Assembly: GCA_963827235.1 (NCBI GenBank)
Contig: CAWHAE010000018.1
Span: forward strand, 224,001-288,000
DNA: 64,000 bases
From: an uncultured bacterium
GTDB lineage: Bacteria > Chloroflexota > UBA5177 > JANWHV01
Direction: 5' to 3'
The position numbers and the translations under genes are program-made. A model generated the notes under the pieces. The model was given only the letters and a program-made list of their open reading frames with translations. It made no database searches and was not told where the DNA came from. Each line of letters starts with the position of its first letter. Within the stretch, counting starts at the first letter, position 1. Shown one piece after another: positions 1-9,919 of the stretch.

Positions 1-150
1 CTCTCGCTGGCCGTCGCACCCGATCCGCTGGACGCGCGCCTCCTGATGGGCATGTGCGTGCGCTACGAGGTCGGCAACGTGTTCGATCCGGCCTACACGG
101 TCGTCTGCAAGATGGCCAGGCAGATGCTGCCCGGCTACTCCGCCACCTGA
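1..150 (+). CDS. 3' end of a hypothetical protein (runs off window start)
   Basis: Frame 1 is open from base 1 to TGA at 148-150 (LSLAVAPDPLDARLL...MLPGYSAT*) with GC3-rich codons. Confidence 0.6.
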   Translation, partial: LSLAVAPDPLDARLLMGMCVRYEVGNVFDPAYTVVCKMARQMLPGYSAT

Positions 151-437
151 GCACGGGATCTACCATCCGTCACGGTTTAGGCACGGATCGTCGCGTCTGC
201 CGTAGGAATCGATCTTTACGGTCTGTAAATCCCGCTACAGACTGTGCGCTCTGTATGTCACGATGCTGTTCTATGCGCATGCCCATGGTATGGTGCAGTT
301 GCACGTGATCGCAGTGAGGCGGGAACGGGCACGAGGGCGTCGTACGGGCAAGCGGAGTCGCTGGTGAGAACGGACGGCACGGATCCGCCAAGCTTCTAGA
401 AGCCGGCTGCGCAGGCGGTGGGGATAGTTCGCCGCGC

Positions 438-467
438 GCACTTCCACGCCGAACGGCGTGGAAGTGC
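438..467. other. Perfect hairpin in the leader of the MMPL gene
   Basis: GCACTTCCACGCC-GAAC-GGCGTGGAAGTGC, 13-bp stem, no U-tract. Confidence 0.6.
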
Positions 468-577
468 CTGATCATAGCCGGCAGTAGCCGGGAGCCGCGG
501 TGGCGTGTGCCTGCTCATCCGCGTCGATTTGCTTGCTCGACCTTCGCTAGGAATCTAGTCTCAGGAGGTTCGAGCTG

Positions 578-2758
578 GTGCGATCTCTTACACGTTGGGT
601 GCTCGCCCACAAGGCGTTCGTGATCGTGGTGTGGGTGGTTCTGGCCGTGGTCGGTTTCGCTACCGCGGGGAAGGCCACAAACGCTCTCTCACAGTCCTTC
701 GCCCTGCCGGGCAAGGAGGGCTACGACGTCAGCCAACAAATAGCACGCGTCTACGGCAGCGGCGGCACGAGTGATCCCGTGGTCGCCGTGGTCACGCTGC
801 CCCGCGGCGTGACCGTCGACAGTCCCGGCATACGCCGGGACCTGGCCGCGTCGTTCGCGAGCATGGCGGCTGCCGTGCCCCACTCGCGGATGGAGTCCTG
901 GACCACGACGTCCAGCAACGCCTTCGTCTCCGCCGATCGCCAGACCACCTTCGCCCTGATCTACGGCTCCGTGCCGCCCGGCTTCGGCACCGTACCGTGG
1001 CTGAGCGGTCTGCAGGCAATCGCGGCACGGCAACACGTCGCCGGCGCACCGTTCCATCTCACCGGTCAGGAGCTTCTGCGTACCAGTACCAGCGGCAACA
1101 GCGGACCGGGCGTGCTGACCGAAGCGCTGATCGGCGGACTCGGCGCCTTGATCGTCTTGGCCTTCGTCTTCGGCTCGTTCCTGGCCATCATACCCCTGCT
1201 CATGGCGGTCGTGGCCATACCCACCACCTTCCTGCTCGTCTGGGGACTGGCCACCGCGACCGACGTCAGCTTCATCGTGCAATACCTGATCTCGCTGATC
1301 GGCCTGGGCGTGGCCATCGACTACTCCCTGCTCCTCGTGCTTCGCTGGCGCGAGGAACGCCTGCATGGACTGGCCGGTGACGAAGCCGTGCAGCGAGCCA
1401 TGGAGACGTCGGGCGCGGCGGTGGTATTCAGCGGCACGACGGTCGCCGTCGGCCTGCTGGCGCTGGTCGCCTTGCCTGTACCCTTCCTGCGCAGTATCGG
1501 CTACGGCGGCATGCTGATACCGTTGGTCAGCGTCACCGTGGCCATCACGCTGTTGCCGGCGCTGCTGGCCACCATCGGCACCGGGCTCGACAGACCGCGA
1601 CGCCACCGCTCCGAGCAGGCCAGCCCCTTCTGGTCGGCATGGGCCCGCCTGATCGTGCGGCGCCGGTGGATCGCCACTGCCCTGGCCGTGGCCATCCTGG
1701 CAGTGCTGGTAGTGCCGCTATCCCGCATCGTAGTGGGCGATCCGTCGGCGGACTCGCTGGCGAAGGGCGGCGACGCGCACGCGGGACTGGTAGCGCTCGA
1801 GCGCGCCGGCATCGGGCCGGGCGCTCTGGACACCATCGAGGTCCTGGCACCGCGCTCGGGCGTGCAACCGGCGCTGGCCGCCCTGCGAGGCATCCCGGGC
1901 ACTCGCGGAGCCGTGGCCCCGGATGGACCCGCTTGGCGACGCGACGGCACGGCGCTGCTCTCAGTGGTGCTGAGCTCCGACGGCAGCACGTCCGCCGGCA
2001 GGTCGGCCATCGACCGCGTGCGCACGGCTGCGCATAGCGTGCCCGGCGTACGCATCGGCGGCAACGCCGCCTACAACCAGGATTTCGTTTCTGCCGTCTA
2101 CGGGAACTTTCCCCTCATGCTGGCGCTGATCGTGGTGGCGACTTTCGTGCTGCTCACGCGCGCCTTCCGCTCGCTCCTGCTGCCGTTGAAGGCGGTGGTG
2201 CTGAACCTCGTCTCGCTGGGTGCCGCCTGGGGTGTGCTGGTCCTCGTCTGGCAGGACGGGCATGGCTCGAGCCTGATCTGGGGTATTCCCGCCACCGCGT
2301 CCATCACCAGCTGGATCCCAGTCATGGTCTTTGCCTTCCTGTACGGCCTCTCCATGGACTACGAGGTGTTCATTCTCTCCCGAATCCGCGAGGAATACGA
2401 CCGCTCCGGCGGCACGACCGGGGCAGTCGTGGAGGGTGTCGGGCGCACCGGCCGCCTGGTGACCAGTGCGGCGATCATCCTCTTCCTCGCTTTCGTGTCC
2501 CTGGGCTCCAGCCCCGGCACGGAGATCAAGATCCTGGCGACGGGTCTGGCAGTGGGCATCCTGCTCGACGCCACTGTGATTCGCATGCTGCTCGTGCCCG
2601 CCCTGCTCTCGCTGTTCGGGCGCTGGAACTGGTGGCTGCCCGCCGGCGTGGCCAACGTGCTGCGCGTGCAGCCCTCGCCGCTGGCGCCGCGTTGGGCCAG
2701 CGTGCCGGCGGCTGCCTCCGCCGAGTCCGAGGGGGACAGGGAAGAGCGCACCGCCTAG
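578..2758 (+). CDS. MMPL family (RND superfamily) transporter
   Basis: 726 aa with two MMPL halves. Motifs GLGVAIDYSLL..R.REE and YGLSMDYEVFILSRIREE. AGGAGG RBS before the GTG. Confidence 0.95.
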   Translation: MRSLTRWVLAHKAFVIVVWVVLAVVGFATAGKATNALSQSFALPGKEGYDVSQQIARVYGSGGTSDPVVAVVTLPRGVTVDSPGIRRDLAASFASMAAAVPHSRMESWTTTSSNAFVSADRQTTFALIYGSVPPGFGTVPWLSGLQAIAARQHVAGAPFHLTGQELLRTSTSGNSGPGVLTEALIGGLGALIVLAFVFGSFLAIIPLLMAVVAIPTTFLLVWGLATATDVSFIVQYLISLIGLGVAIDYSLLLVLRWREERLHGLAGDEAVQRAMETSGAAVVFSGTTVAVGLLALVALPVPFLRSIGYGGMLIPLVSVTVAITLLPALLATIGTGLDRPRRHRSEQASPFWSAWARLIVRRRWIATALAVAILAVLVVPLSRIVVGDPSADSLAKGGDAHAGLVALERAGIGPGALDTIEVLAPRSGVQPALAALRGIPGTRGAVAPDGPAWRRDGTALLSVVLSSDGSTSAGRSAIDRVRTAAHSVPGVRIGGNAAYNQDFVSAVYGNFPLMLALIVVATFVLLTRAFRSLLLPLKAVVLNLVSLGAAWGVLVLVWQDGHGSSLIWGIPATASITSWIPVMVFAFLYGLSMDYEVFILSRIREEYDRSGGTTGAVVEGVGRTGRLVTSAAIILFLAFVSLGSSPGTEIKILATGLAVGILLDATVIRMLLVPALLSLFGRWNWWLPAGVANVLRVQPSPLAPRWASVPAAASAESEGDREERTA

Positions 2759-2760
2759 CC

Positions 2761-2827
2761 GGCGCAGGCGCTGCCTGCGCCGCTGGCCGCGAAATCTGCC
2801 GGGCCCGGCCCAAACTGCCGGGCCCGG
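2761..2827. terminator. Two GC-rich hairpins between convergent MMPL and threonine-synthase-like genes
   Basis: GGCGCAGGC-GCT-GCCTGCGCC (2761-2781) and CCGGGCCCGGC-N7-GCCGGGCCCGG (2799-2827). Confidence 0.55.
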
Positions 2828-4042
2828 TCGGTTCCGCGGCACGATCCGCTCGACCTCGTCCAGTCTGCCCTGCACCGCGTGAGTCGCGCCCCGCGGCTGC
2901 AAGTACTGTGGGTTCTTGAGACCGGTGCCGGTGACCAGCACGACGATGTGCTCGCCGCGCGCCAGGAGCCCGCTGGATAGCGCCGCCTCGAGACCCGCGT
3001 ACGCGGTGGCGCCGGCAGGCTCGGCCAGGATCCCTCCACGCGCGGCCAGCGTCCCGATCGCCTGCAGCATCGAGGCGTCGGAGACGGCGACGAAGCCACC
3101 CCCGGTCTCGCGGACGTCCCGGAGCGCCATGGGCCCGCCGAACGGAGCACCCACCGCGATGCCGTCGGCGATGGTGTCCGGCTCGACGGGGATGAGTGCA
3201 GCTCCTCTGTGCCAGGCGCGAGAGATCGGCTGGCAGCCCTCTGCTTGCACGCCGATCACTCGGGGTAGCCGCCCGGCTGCGCCGCAGGCGCGCAGCTCGC
3301 GAAATCCCTTCACCAGCGCGCACATCGTAACGCCGTCGCCCACCGGCGCCACCACGGCATCCGGCAGCTCTCGGCCGAGCTGCTCCCAGATCTCCAGGGC
3401 TACCGTCTTCTTCGCTTCCAGGGTGAGCGGATTGACGCCGGTGTTGCGGTCGTGCCAGCCGAAGACTCGCGCCGCCTGCCGCGAGAGGTTGAACGCCGCC
3501 TCGTAGCCGTTTCTGACCTCGATCACCGTGGCGCCGGCAAGCAGCATCAGGCGCAGCTTCGTGTCGCTGGTGCCTGCCGGCACGAAGAGGACGGCCCGAA
3601 GTCCCGCCGCCGCGGAGCCCACCGCCAGGGATACGGCGACGTTTCCGGTGGACGCACAGGTTACAGTCGTGGCGCCGGCCCGCAGCGCCTGCTCGAGCAC
3701 CAGCGCCGTGGCGCGATCCTTGTTCGAGCCCGTGGGCGTGCGCGTCTCATCCTTGAGCCACAGGTGAGGCAGACCCAGCTCGCCGCGAATCAGCGCCGGG
3801 GCAATCAGCGGCGTGCCGCCCACCGCTAGCGGATACCGGATCGGACCCTCGTCCACGGGCAGCAGGAGGCGATAACGCCACATGCCGTCCAGGGACACCG
3901 GCTCTGCCGGCAGAAGGTCCGGCCCATACGCATAGTGCAGCTCGATCTGGTCGCCGTCATCTTCGGTCGACCAGGGAGGACCGGACAGAGGCGCTTCGGT
4001 GCCGTCGCGACGGACGACCGTCGCCCCACTCACGATACCCAT
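2828..4042 (-). CDS. thrC: Threonine synthase-like PLP enzyme (fold type II); stop codon apparently lost
   Basis: LKDETRTPTGSNKDR (PLP lysine), ASTGN, VGDG, EPAGA and LVTGTGLK motifs. Homology ends near 2830, while the ORF-finder frame runs on antisense into the MMPL gene. Confidence 0.85.
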
Positions 4043-4048
4043 CGCCGT

Positions 4049-5230
4049 TCAGCCCAGCATCGCCATGAAGTTCGTGACGAGGGCGGCGTAGCCGTGCGCC
4101 GCGGCCGCGAGGTCGCCAAGATCCACGTGTTCATCCGGCCGGTGGGCGAGGCGCTCGTCCCGGGTCCAAAGCCAACCGTGCGGATGCCCATGCCCGCGGT
4201 GCCGCTGCCGTTGGTACAGAAGGCGTAGTGCGTGGTTCGCGGCTCGATGCCCGCCTCGCGCATGGCCCGCAGCGCGCGCTGCACGATCGCGTCCCCCTCG
4301 GGGACATACCAGGCGTCGGCGAAGTTACGGCCGGTGACGCGCGCCCCCGTGTAGGTAGTGAAGTCGTCCTCGGCGATGCACACGCTGCCGTGCGCCCCGC
4401 TCTCCGCCACCGCAACCTCCACGCACCGCGCGATCGGCGCCAGCACGCCGTCGGCCGTCTCGCCGGGCAACGTGCGGCGGTCGAACGTGGCGACGCAGTG
4501 GTTGGGCACCACTGAATTGGCGGGATACGGCTCTGACATCACGTCCGTCAGCACCAGAATGCCGTCGCCGAGCGCCTCGTGATGCGGCGCTTGCAGGGTA
4601 CGTAGCGCGTACACCACGTCGACCATGGCCTGTGCCGCGTTCACACCCAGCTCGGGACGCGACGAGTGCGTCGACTCGGCCGAAGACGTCGACGCGAAGC
4701 TCGGCTCGACCGCGTTGCCCGTGGGCGATGCGCAGGCTGGTCGCTTCGCAGATGATCGCTACGTCCGGGTGCACGCGCTCGGCCACGTGAACGGTGGCAG
4801 GGCCCTCGAGCATCTCCTCGGCGATCGTGGCTGAAACGACCACTTTCCCGCGCTGCAGGCGACCGCGCAGCGAGGCGGCACCGCACAGGCACGCGGCGAG
4901 CGCTCCCTTCATGTCCATCGCTCCGCGACCATACAGGCAATCACCCACGATCTCACCTTCGGGACTGTGCGTCCAGGCCGGGCGGTCGCTCACGCCGACC
5001 GTGTCGAGATGCCCGTCCAGCAGGATGCAGGGGCCGGGGCCGGCCTCGATCGTGCCAATCACGTTGCCGAGATCGTCAACCTCCACCGTGAAGCCCAGGT
5101 CCTTCATCTCCTCCGCCACGATCCGCGCGACGGCTTCCTCCTGGCAAGACAGGCTGCGTTCCCTGATCAGCCTCAGGGCGATCTCGCCGACTCTCCGCGC
5201 GTCGCCGGCGTGGCTCACGGAATTGGACAT
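4049..5230 (-). CDS. M20 family (YgeY-like) metallo-amidohydrolase, two frameshifts (~4680 and ~4160)
   Basis: DGHLDTV, YGRGAMDMKG, EE, CEAT, GQRGRAE | STHSSRPELGVNA, YAFCTNGS, GFGPG | DERLAHRPDE are spread over three frames. TGA at 4049-4051. Confidence 0.85.
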
Positions 5231-5288
5231 GGTTGCATCCCTCATGGTGTCATTTGATAAGGGTTCAGTGATCTATGCCATAATAGCG

Positions 5289-5328
5289 CGCGCCGCCACC
5301 CTCGGCGTGGGCCGAGGGTGGCGGCGCG
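5289..5328 (-). terminator. 18-bp perfect stem-loop downstream of the 5348-6550 gene
   Basis: CGCGCCGCCACCCTCGGC-GTGG-GCCGAGGGTGGCGGCGCG, followed on the minus strand by CTATTAT. Confidence 0.7.
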
Positions 5329-5347
5329 ATTGCGATGGATCCGGTGC

Positions 5348-6550
5348 TCAGTGGACGCGAATCAAGGCCGTGGAAATGAAGTGCTGGCTGGCCCGATTGT
5401 AGACACCCAGCGCTGTCACCACGTTATTAACCGCGATGTTGGCCACGCTGCCGGTAACCGCGGTCACTGCCGTGGTCCCGGGCGTGGCCGTCGGGCCGGC
5501 CGCGGCTCCGGCTGTGCTGGTGCCGGGCAACACGATTTTGGTGGTGCTACCGATGGGCAGAACGATCGACTGGCCCACGACGAAGGGCGACCGGCCCTGC
5601 TCGTCCTTGCGCACGGTGACCGTGATGCTCGTGGGTGAGACCGCCGTGACCACGCCAACTAGGCGGGTGTAGGCAGCCTGAATGGAAACGTCCTTGATGC
5701 TGGTGGCCGCTACACTCCCCACGCCCGTGGTCTGGCCGGTCACGTCGAGGATGTCGTTAGGGCTCAGCTCGTCCAGCGACGACTGGCCGTTGTAGCGGCG
5801 CACGATGGTGGTCGAGATCGACACGGTGACCGTGATCTGGCCGCCCGTCGTGGTCAGGCTGAGCGTCGCGGGAGGTGTCGTGCTCGACGGAAGACCGGCA
5901 AGGTATCCCTGGTAATGCACCCGGGTCGCGTGCAGAGTGATGCGAGCCACGCTGACGAAATTCCTGCTCGTACGGTCAAACACGCCGAGAGCAGTCACCT
6001 GTTCGCCGGCTACGATGCCGTTGAGACTGCCGGCTACCGTGGTGCCGTTCGCCGTCACCTGCGTGGTTGCCCCGATCGGCAGCGTGTAGGACTGGCCGGG
6101 AGCAAAGGGAGCGCGTCCCGAGCCATCCTTAAGCACGGTCACGGTAAGCGAAGGCGCCGCACCCGGGGTGGAGACGGCCGTTACCTGGCCCAGCATGCGG
6201 GTATAAGCAGCCTGAATCGACAGGTCCTTGACCCGAGTGGCCATGATCGTGTTGCCGGTTTCGATGGTGCCGGTGACCGTGAGCTGATCGTTTGCGGCAA
6301 ATTCGTCGAGCGCGGACACGCCGTTGAAGCGACGCACCAGCTTGGTGGTAGTGCTGATGTCGACGGTGTAGCTCGTACCGTTGCTCTGCAGGGTCAGCGT
6401 GGTGGGCGGGATGAGCGCCGCCGGCAATCCAACCAGGCTACCGGTGACGCTGGGTACGCGCGCGGCAAGGCTCGGACTCACGCCAGATGGAAGCAGCGTG
6501 AGCGTGCCTGCGAGGAGAGGAATGATGGCGAGGACGGCGTATCGCTTCAT
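5348..6550 (-). CDS. Secreted Thr/Val-rich protein with duplicated DUF5666-like (OB-type) beta domains
   Basis: Signal peptide MKRYAVLAIIPLL. Two ~180-aa repeats sharing VRR(F/Y)NGxSxLDE and KD(L/V)SIQAAYTR. AAGGAG RBS. Confidence 0.8.
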   Translation of the reverse strand: MKRYAVLAIIPLLAGTLTLLPSGVSPSLAARVPSVTGSLVGLPAALIPPTTLTLQSNGTSYTVDISTTTKLVRRFNGVSALDEFAANDQLTVTGTIETGNTIMATRVKDLSIQAAYTRMLGQVTAVSTPGAAPSLTVTVLKDGSGRAPFAPGQSYTLPIGATTQVTANGTTVAGSLNGIVAGEQVTALGVFDRTSRNFVSVARITLHATRVHYQGYLAGLPSSTTPPATLSLTTTGGQITVTVSISTTIVRRYNGQSSLDELSPNDILDVTGQTTGVGSVAATSIKDVSIQAAYTRLVGVVTAVSPTSITVTVRKDEQGRSPFVVGQSIVLPIGSTTKIVLPGTSTAGAAAGPTATPGTTAVTAVTGSVANIAVNNVVTALGVYNRASQHFISTALIRVH

Positions 6551-6900
6551 GGTTGTCTCCTTTTCCCACGCTGGCCGGAACCGGGGCGGGCATTGTTCAC
6601 CCGCTCAACGCCGGCTCAGTACCAGCATGCTTAGCATAGGCCCGATCTGTAGCGTTGCGATTGCCGAACTGTAAACGTTTCGCCGTCGGGGCGAAAGGTC
6701 GCATTTCCACAATGCCCTCGCGGCCCGGCGAGCGTACAATCTTGTATGGGACGTCTTTTCTCCTCACCCGTCGTCGCGCGGACCGCCCGGACTTCGCCGG
6801 CCGCCGGTACCGGCCATCACGGCGATTTCGAGCAGGCTGCTCGGGGACCGCTAGACCATGTGGCGCTCCTCCACGAAGGCCGCGCCGGAGAACGGATTCG

Positions 6901-9114
6901 TTGCTGAACACGCTGATTGCGAGACTCGCGCTTTGCCTGGCGGGCGCCTCTGCCGTGCTGCTGCTTGCGCCCGGCATCGCCCTGGCACATGCCCACCTCG
7001 TGCGCGCGGACCTTTCGCCTGGCGGACGGCTGCTCGTGCCGGGCGGCGTGGTGCACTTCTGGTTCGACGAGCCGATCAACGCCCCGTTGTCCCCGATCGT
7101 GATCAAAGATGCTCAGGGCAGTCAGGTGACTGCCGGCCCCGGCCGACAGGATCCGGCGAACAGCGAAGAGCTCGACGTGACCGTCCCGGCACTGCCCGAT
7201 GGCCAATACAGCGTGTTCTGGACGAGCGATTCCTCCCAGGACGGGCACGTCTTGCACGGTTTCTATACGTTCACCGTGGGTGGTGCCGGCGCGCAGGCGG
7301 CCGGCTCGGGATCGGGCATGGTCGCCGTGGTCCGGCCCACGCTCGATTCCACGGATCTGGTCCTTGCTCTGGCGCACTGGCTGGTGCTGGTGGGATCGAC
7401 CATTTGGACGGGAGCCCTGGCCTTTGAGCTCCTGGTCCTCCGTCCGGCGCGCTTTCACGCCCGCGGCGCGATAGCAGCCCTTTCAGGCCGCGCCTCCGAG
7501 CACCTGATCGCCGTCGTTCAGCTCGGCCTCCTTGCCGCGCTGCTGGCGAGCGTCGCCGAGATCGAGGCACAGTCGTATGCCGGCGGGGGCACGATCGCGT
7601 CCCTTTCCGTGATTCGCGACATCCTGCATTCGCACTACGGAGCGATGTGGCTCGTGCGACTGGCGCTGCTGTTCCTTGTCCAGGTTGCGCTCATGTTCGT
7701 GCCCACCACGCCCGCGGGCAGGCTCGATGTGCGAGCGTCGGCATGGCCGGCCATGCTCTGGCTTCCCGTTGCCGGCCTGCTGGGCTCGCTCTACCTGGTA
7801 GGGGTGGCTATGTCCGGGCACGCCGACGCGGTGATGCAAATGGTTGCCACCTCGGTACTTCTGGACTGGCTGCACCTGCTCGCCAACTCGCTCTGGGTAG
7901 GAGGCATGGCCGCCATTGCCCTCGCCCTCGTTCCGGCGTTCCATGCTGCCGTGAAGGAAAGCACCGGAAACGGCAATGACTCGCGGCTCGCCTTTCTGGT
8001 CATCCTCTCCCGCTATTCGCCGGTTGCCCTGGCGGCAGTGCCGACCGCCATGGTCACCGGCACGTTCAACGCCCAGGTCCACCTCGACAGCCATGACGCC
8101 TTCTTCAACTCCCAGTACGGCCGATTTCTGATCGCCAAGCTGGTGCTCGTCGGCCTGCTCCTGACCATCAGCGCTTCGCACGTGCTCGTCACCCGCCCCC
8201 ACCTGATGGCCACGCTGGCCGATCGCCGTACCGGCTCGCTTACCGCGGGCTTCGCCTCGCTCACCCGCCGCCTCGCAATCGAGCCGCTGCTGGGTGCCGG
8301 AATCCTGCTCTGCGTCGCACTCATGGGAGAGGTAGCGCCGGCGGTCACCGTGTTCTCTGCCACGTCCGCGGCATCGCCTGTCCGTCCGGCGGCTGCGTCC
8401 CCCGCGGCAGACTCAACACCGGTGGGCCGGAGCAGCATCAACGACAGTGCGCGCAAAGGGCTGCTCGACGTCTCGCTGGTGGTCAGCCCGCCGGCCGTCG
8501 GGCGTGCCCGTCTGTTTGCCGTCGTGCTCGAGCGCGGTAAGGTGGTGACCGATGGCCAGGTGCGCATCAAGCTCTCCATGCCGGGCAACGGTTCGATCGG
8601 TGCCGTATTCTCGGAGACCACGCCGTCCGACGGCGGCTACGCCGGAACGGGTGACCTGGTCCAACAGGGCCGCTGGCAGGCCGACGTCCTGGTGCGCACG
8701 CATAGCGATCCAGGGGAGTACCGCGACGTGCCGTTCGAGTTGCTCGTGGGACCGGGCGCAGGCTTCCTGCCCATGGGCTTCGACCCGTCGGCGATCCGGG
8801 TCACGATCAACCCGGGCCGTCTCAACCTGGCCAACACCCTGACGCTCTCCAGCTTGAAGGCCGCCGCGGTGCGGATCTCGTCGGCATCATTGGACATGGA
8901 CATGGGCAGCGAGATCGTCGATGCGGCGCCGCTCGGTGGCGGTCGCTGGCGGGTCGCCGGAATGTACGCGCCGATGGAAGGACGCTGGGGCTTGACCGTA
9001 CAGATCAAGGTCGGCGACTCCTGGACCTCCGTCCGTACCTTCGTATACCAGGTGCCCTTCAGCGGGCCCATGCGCCTGCTGACCGGGACACCAGCGGCGG
9101 CGCCGGCGGCATAG
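6901..9114 (+). CDS. Copper resistance CopC-CopD fusion with C-terminal FixH/YtkA-like domains
   Basis: Signal peptide then AHAHL, CopC DGH motif, CopD SGHA and DWLHLLA..LWVGG, Met-containing C-terminal domains (MPG, DMDMG). Start TTG 6901 is inferred from GGAG. Confidence 0.88.
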   Translation: MLNTLIARLALCLAGASAVLLLAPGIALAHAHLVRADLSPGGRLLVPGGVVHFWFDEPINAPLSPIVIKDAQGSQVTAGPGRQDPANSEELDVTVPALPDGQYSVFWTSDSSQDGHVLHGFYTFTVGGAGAQAAGSGSGMVAVVRPTLDSTDLVLALAHWLVLVGSTIWTGALAFELLVLRPARFHARGAIAALSGRASEHLIAVVQLGLLAALLASVAEIEAQSYAGGGTIASLSVIRDILHSHYGAMWLVRLALLFLVQVALMFVPTTPAGRLDVRASAWPAMLWLPVAGLLGSLYLVGVAMSGHADAVMQMVATSVLLDWLHLLANSLWVGGMAAIALALVPAFHAAVKESTGNGNDSRLAFLVILSRYSPVALAAVPTAMVTGTFNAQVHLDSHDAFFNSQYGRFLIAKLVLVGLLLTISASHVLVTRPHLMATLADRRTGSLTAGFASLTRRLAIEPLLGAGILLCVALMGEVAPAVTVFSATSAASPVRPAAASPAADSTPVGRSSINDSARKGLLDVSLVVSPPAVGRARLFAVVLERGKVVTDGQVRIKLSMPGNGSIGAVFSETTPSDGGYAGTGDLVQQGRWQADVLVRTHSDPGEYRDVPFELLVGPGAGFLPMGFDPSAIRVTINPGRLNLANTLTLSSLKAAAVRISSASLDMDMGSEIVDAAPLGGGRWRVAGMYAPMEGRWGLTVQIKVGDSWTSVRTFVYQVPFSGPMRLLTGTPAAAPAA

Positions 9115-9388
9115 GCCGGGCCGGGCCATGTCTGGTGCACCTTGACCCGCGCGCCTGGGGCCAAACGGCACTGTTTCGCAGGCGCCGCGGAACGCACTAT
9201 CTTGGATAGGGGCACTGAGCCTTCGGCAACTCGCGGTCGGCTCTGCTCGGCCGGTCCCTTCCAGGCGGCAGGTCTCGCAGGCCGCCGGGAACGTGCGAAG
9301 GCGGACTGGGGTAGCGGCCCATCCGTCGAGTCCTGATACACAGTCAAGATAGCCGGGTTCGACGACGAATACCGGTCGAGATGAAACG

Positions 9389-9799
9389 ATGGAACGAACG
9401 ATACTGCTCCTCGATGGCCATGACGGGGTACGAGCTGCGCTTGCGTCGCGTCTTCGGCATGCCGAAGGCGTCGTCGCGGTAGTTGCCGCCAAGAGCCTGG
9501 CCGACGCCCTGACCGCCGTGCGGGAAACGCCGCCCGACGCCGTTATCTATGATCCGCACACGGTTGAGGGAGATGCCGCCGACGCGATCTCGCGTCTGGC
9601 CGCCACTGGCTGCCCTGTGATCGTGCTCACATCGTCGCTGGTTGGCGACGAAGCGGCAGCCCTCTGTGATGCGGGCGCTGCGGCGCTCCTGCTCAAGGGC
9701 GGGAACGTCACGCAGCTGCTGCACGACGTTGAACGAGCGATCGAGACCGGCACAAGAATGGGCCCGCAAAGCCGCCATCCAGCACTATCAGGGGAGTAA
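9389..9799 (+). CDS. Stand-alone (degenerate) response regulator receiver domain
   Basis: ILLLDGH, PDAVIYD, VIVLTS, GAAALLLK in NarL-type receiver layout with no output domain. Confidence 0.75.
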   Translation: MERTILLLDGHDGVRAALASRLRHAEGVVAVVAAKSLADALTAVRETPPDAVIYDPHTVEGDAADAISRLAATGCPVIVLTSSLVGDEAAALCDAGAAALLLKGGNVTQLLHDVERAIETGTRMGPQSRHPALSGE

Positions 9800-9919
9800 A
9801 CCCGGCCGTTCGGCCCTTGCAGGATGGGCCGGTTGGGCGTAGTATGGCCTAGCGATGGTGGTGCCGCTCACCCCGATGCTTGCAACTCCAGTGAGTCTCG
9901 GGTTCCTCGGAGGTCAGGG

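Noticed and set aside
4049-5230. Selenocysteine recoding or programmed frameshifting in the YgeY-like gene
   Set aside because: Breaks are frame changes, not in-frame TGA. No slippery site and no selenium genes in the window.
6735-6746. TACAATCTTGTA as a CopY cop box upstream of copCD
   Set aside because: Spacer is 4 nt rather than the TACAnnTGTA 2 nt, and no CopY/CsoR gene is nearby. It may simply be a -10 element.
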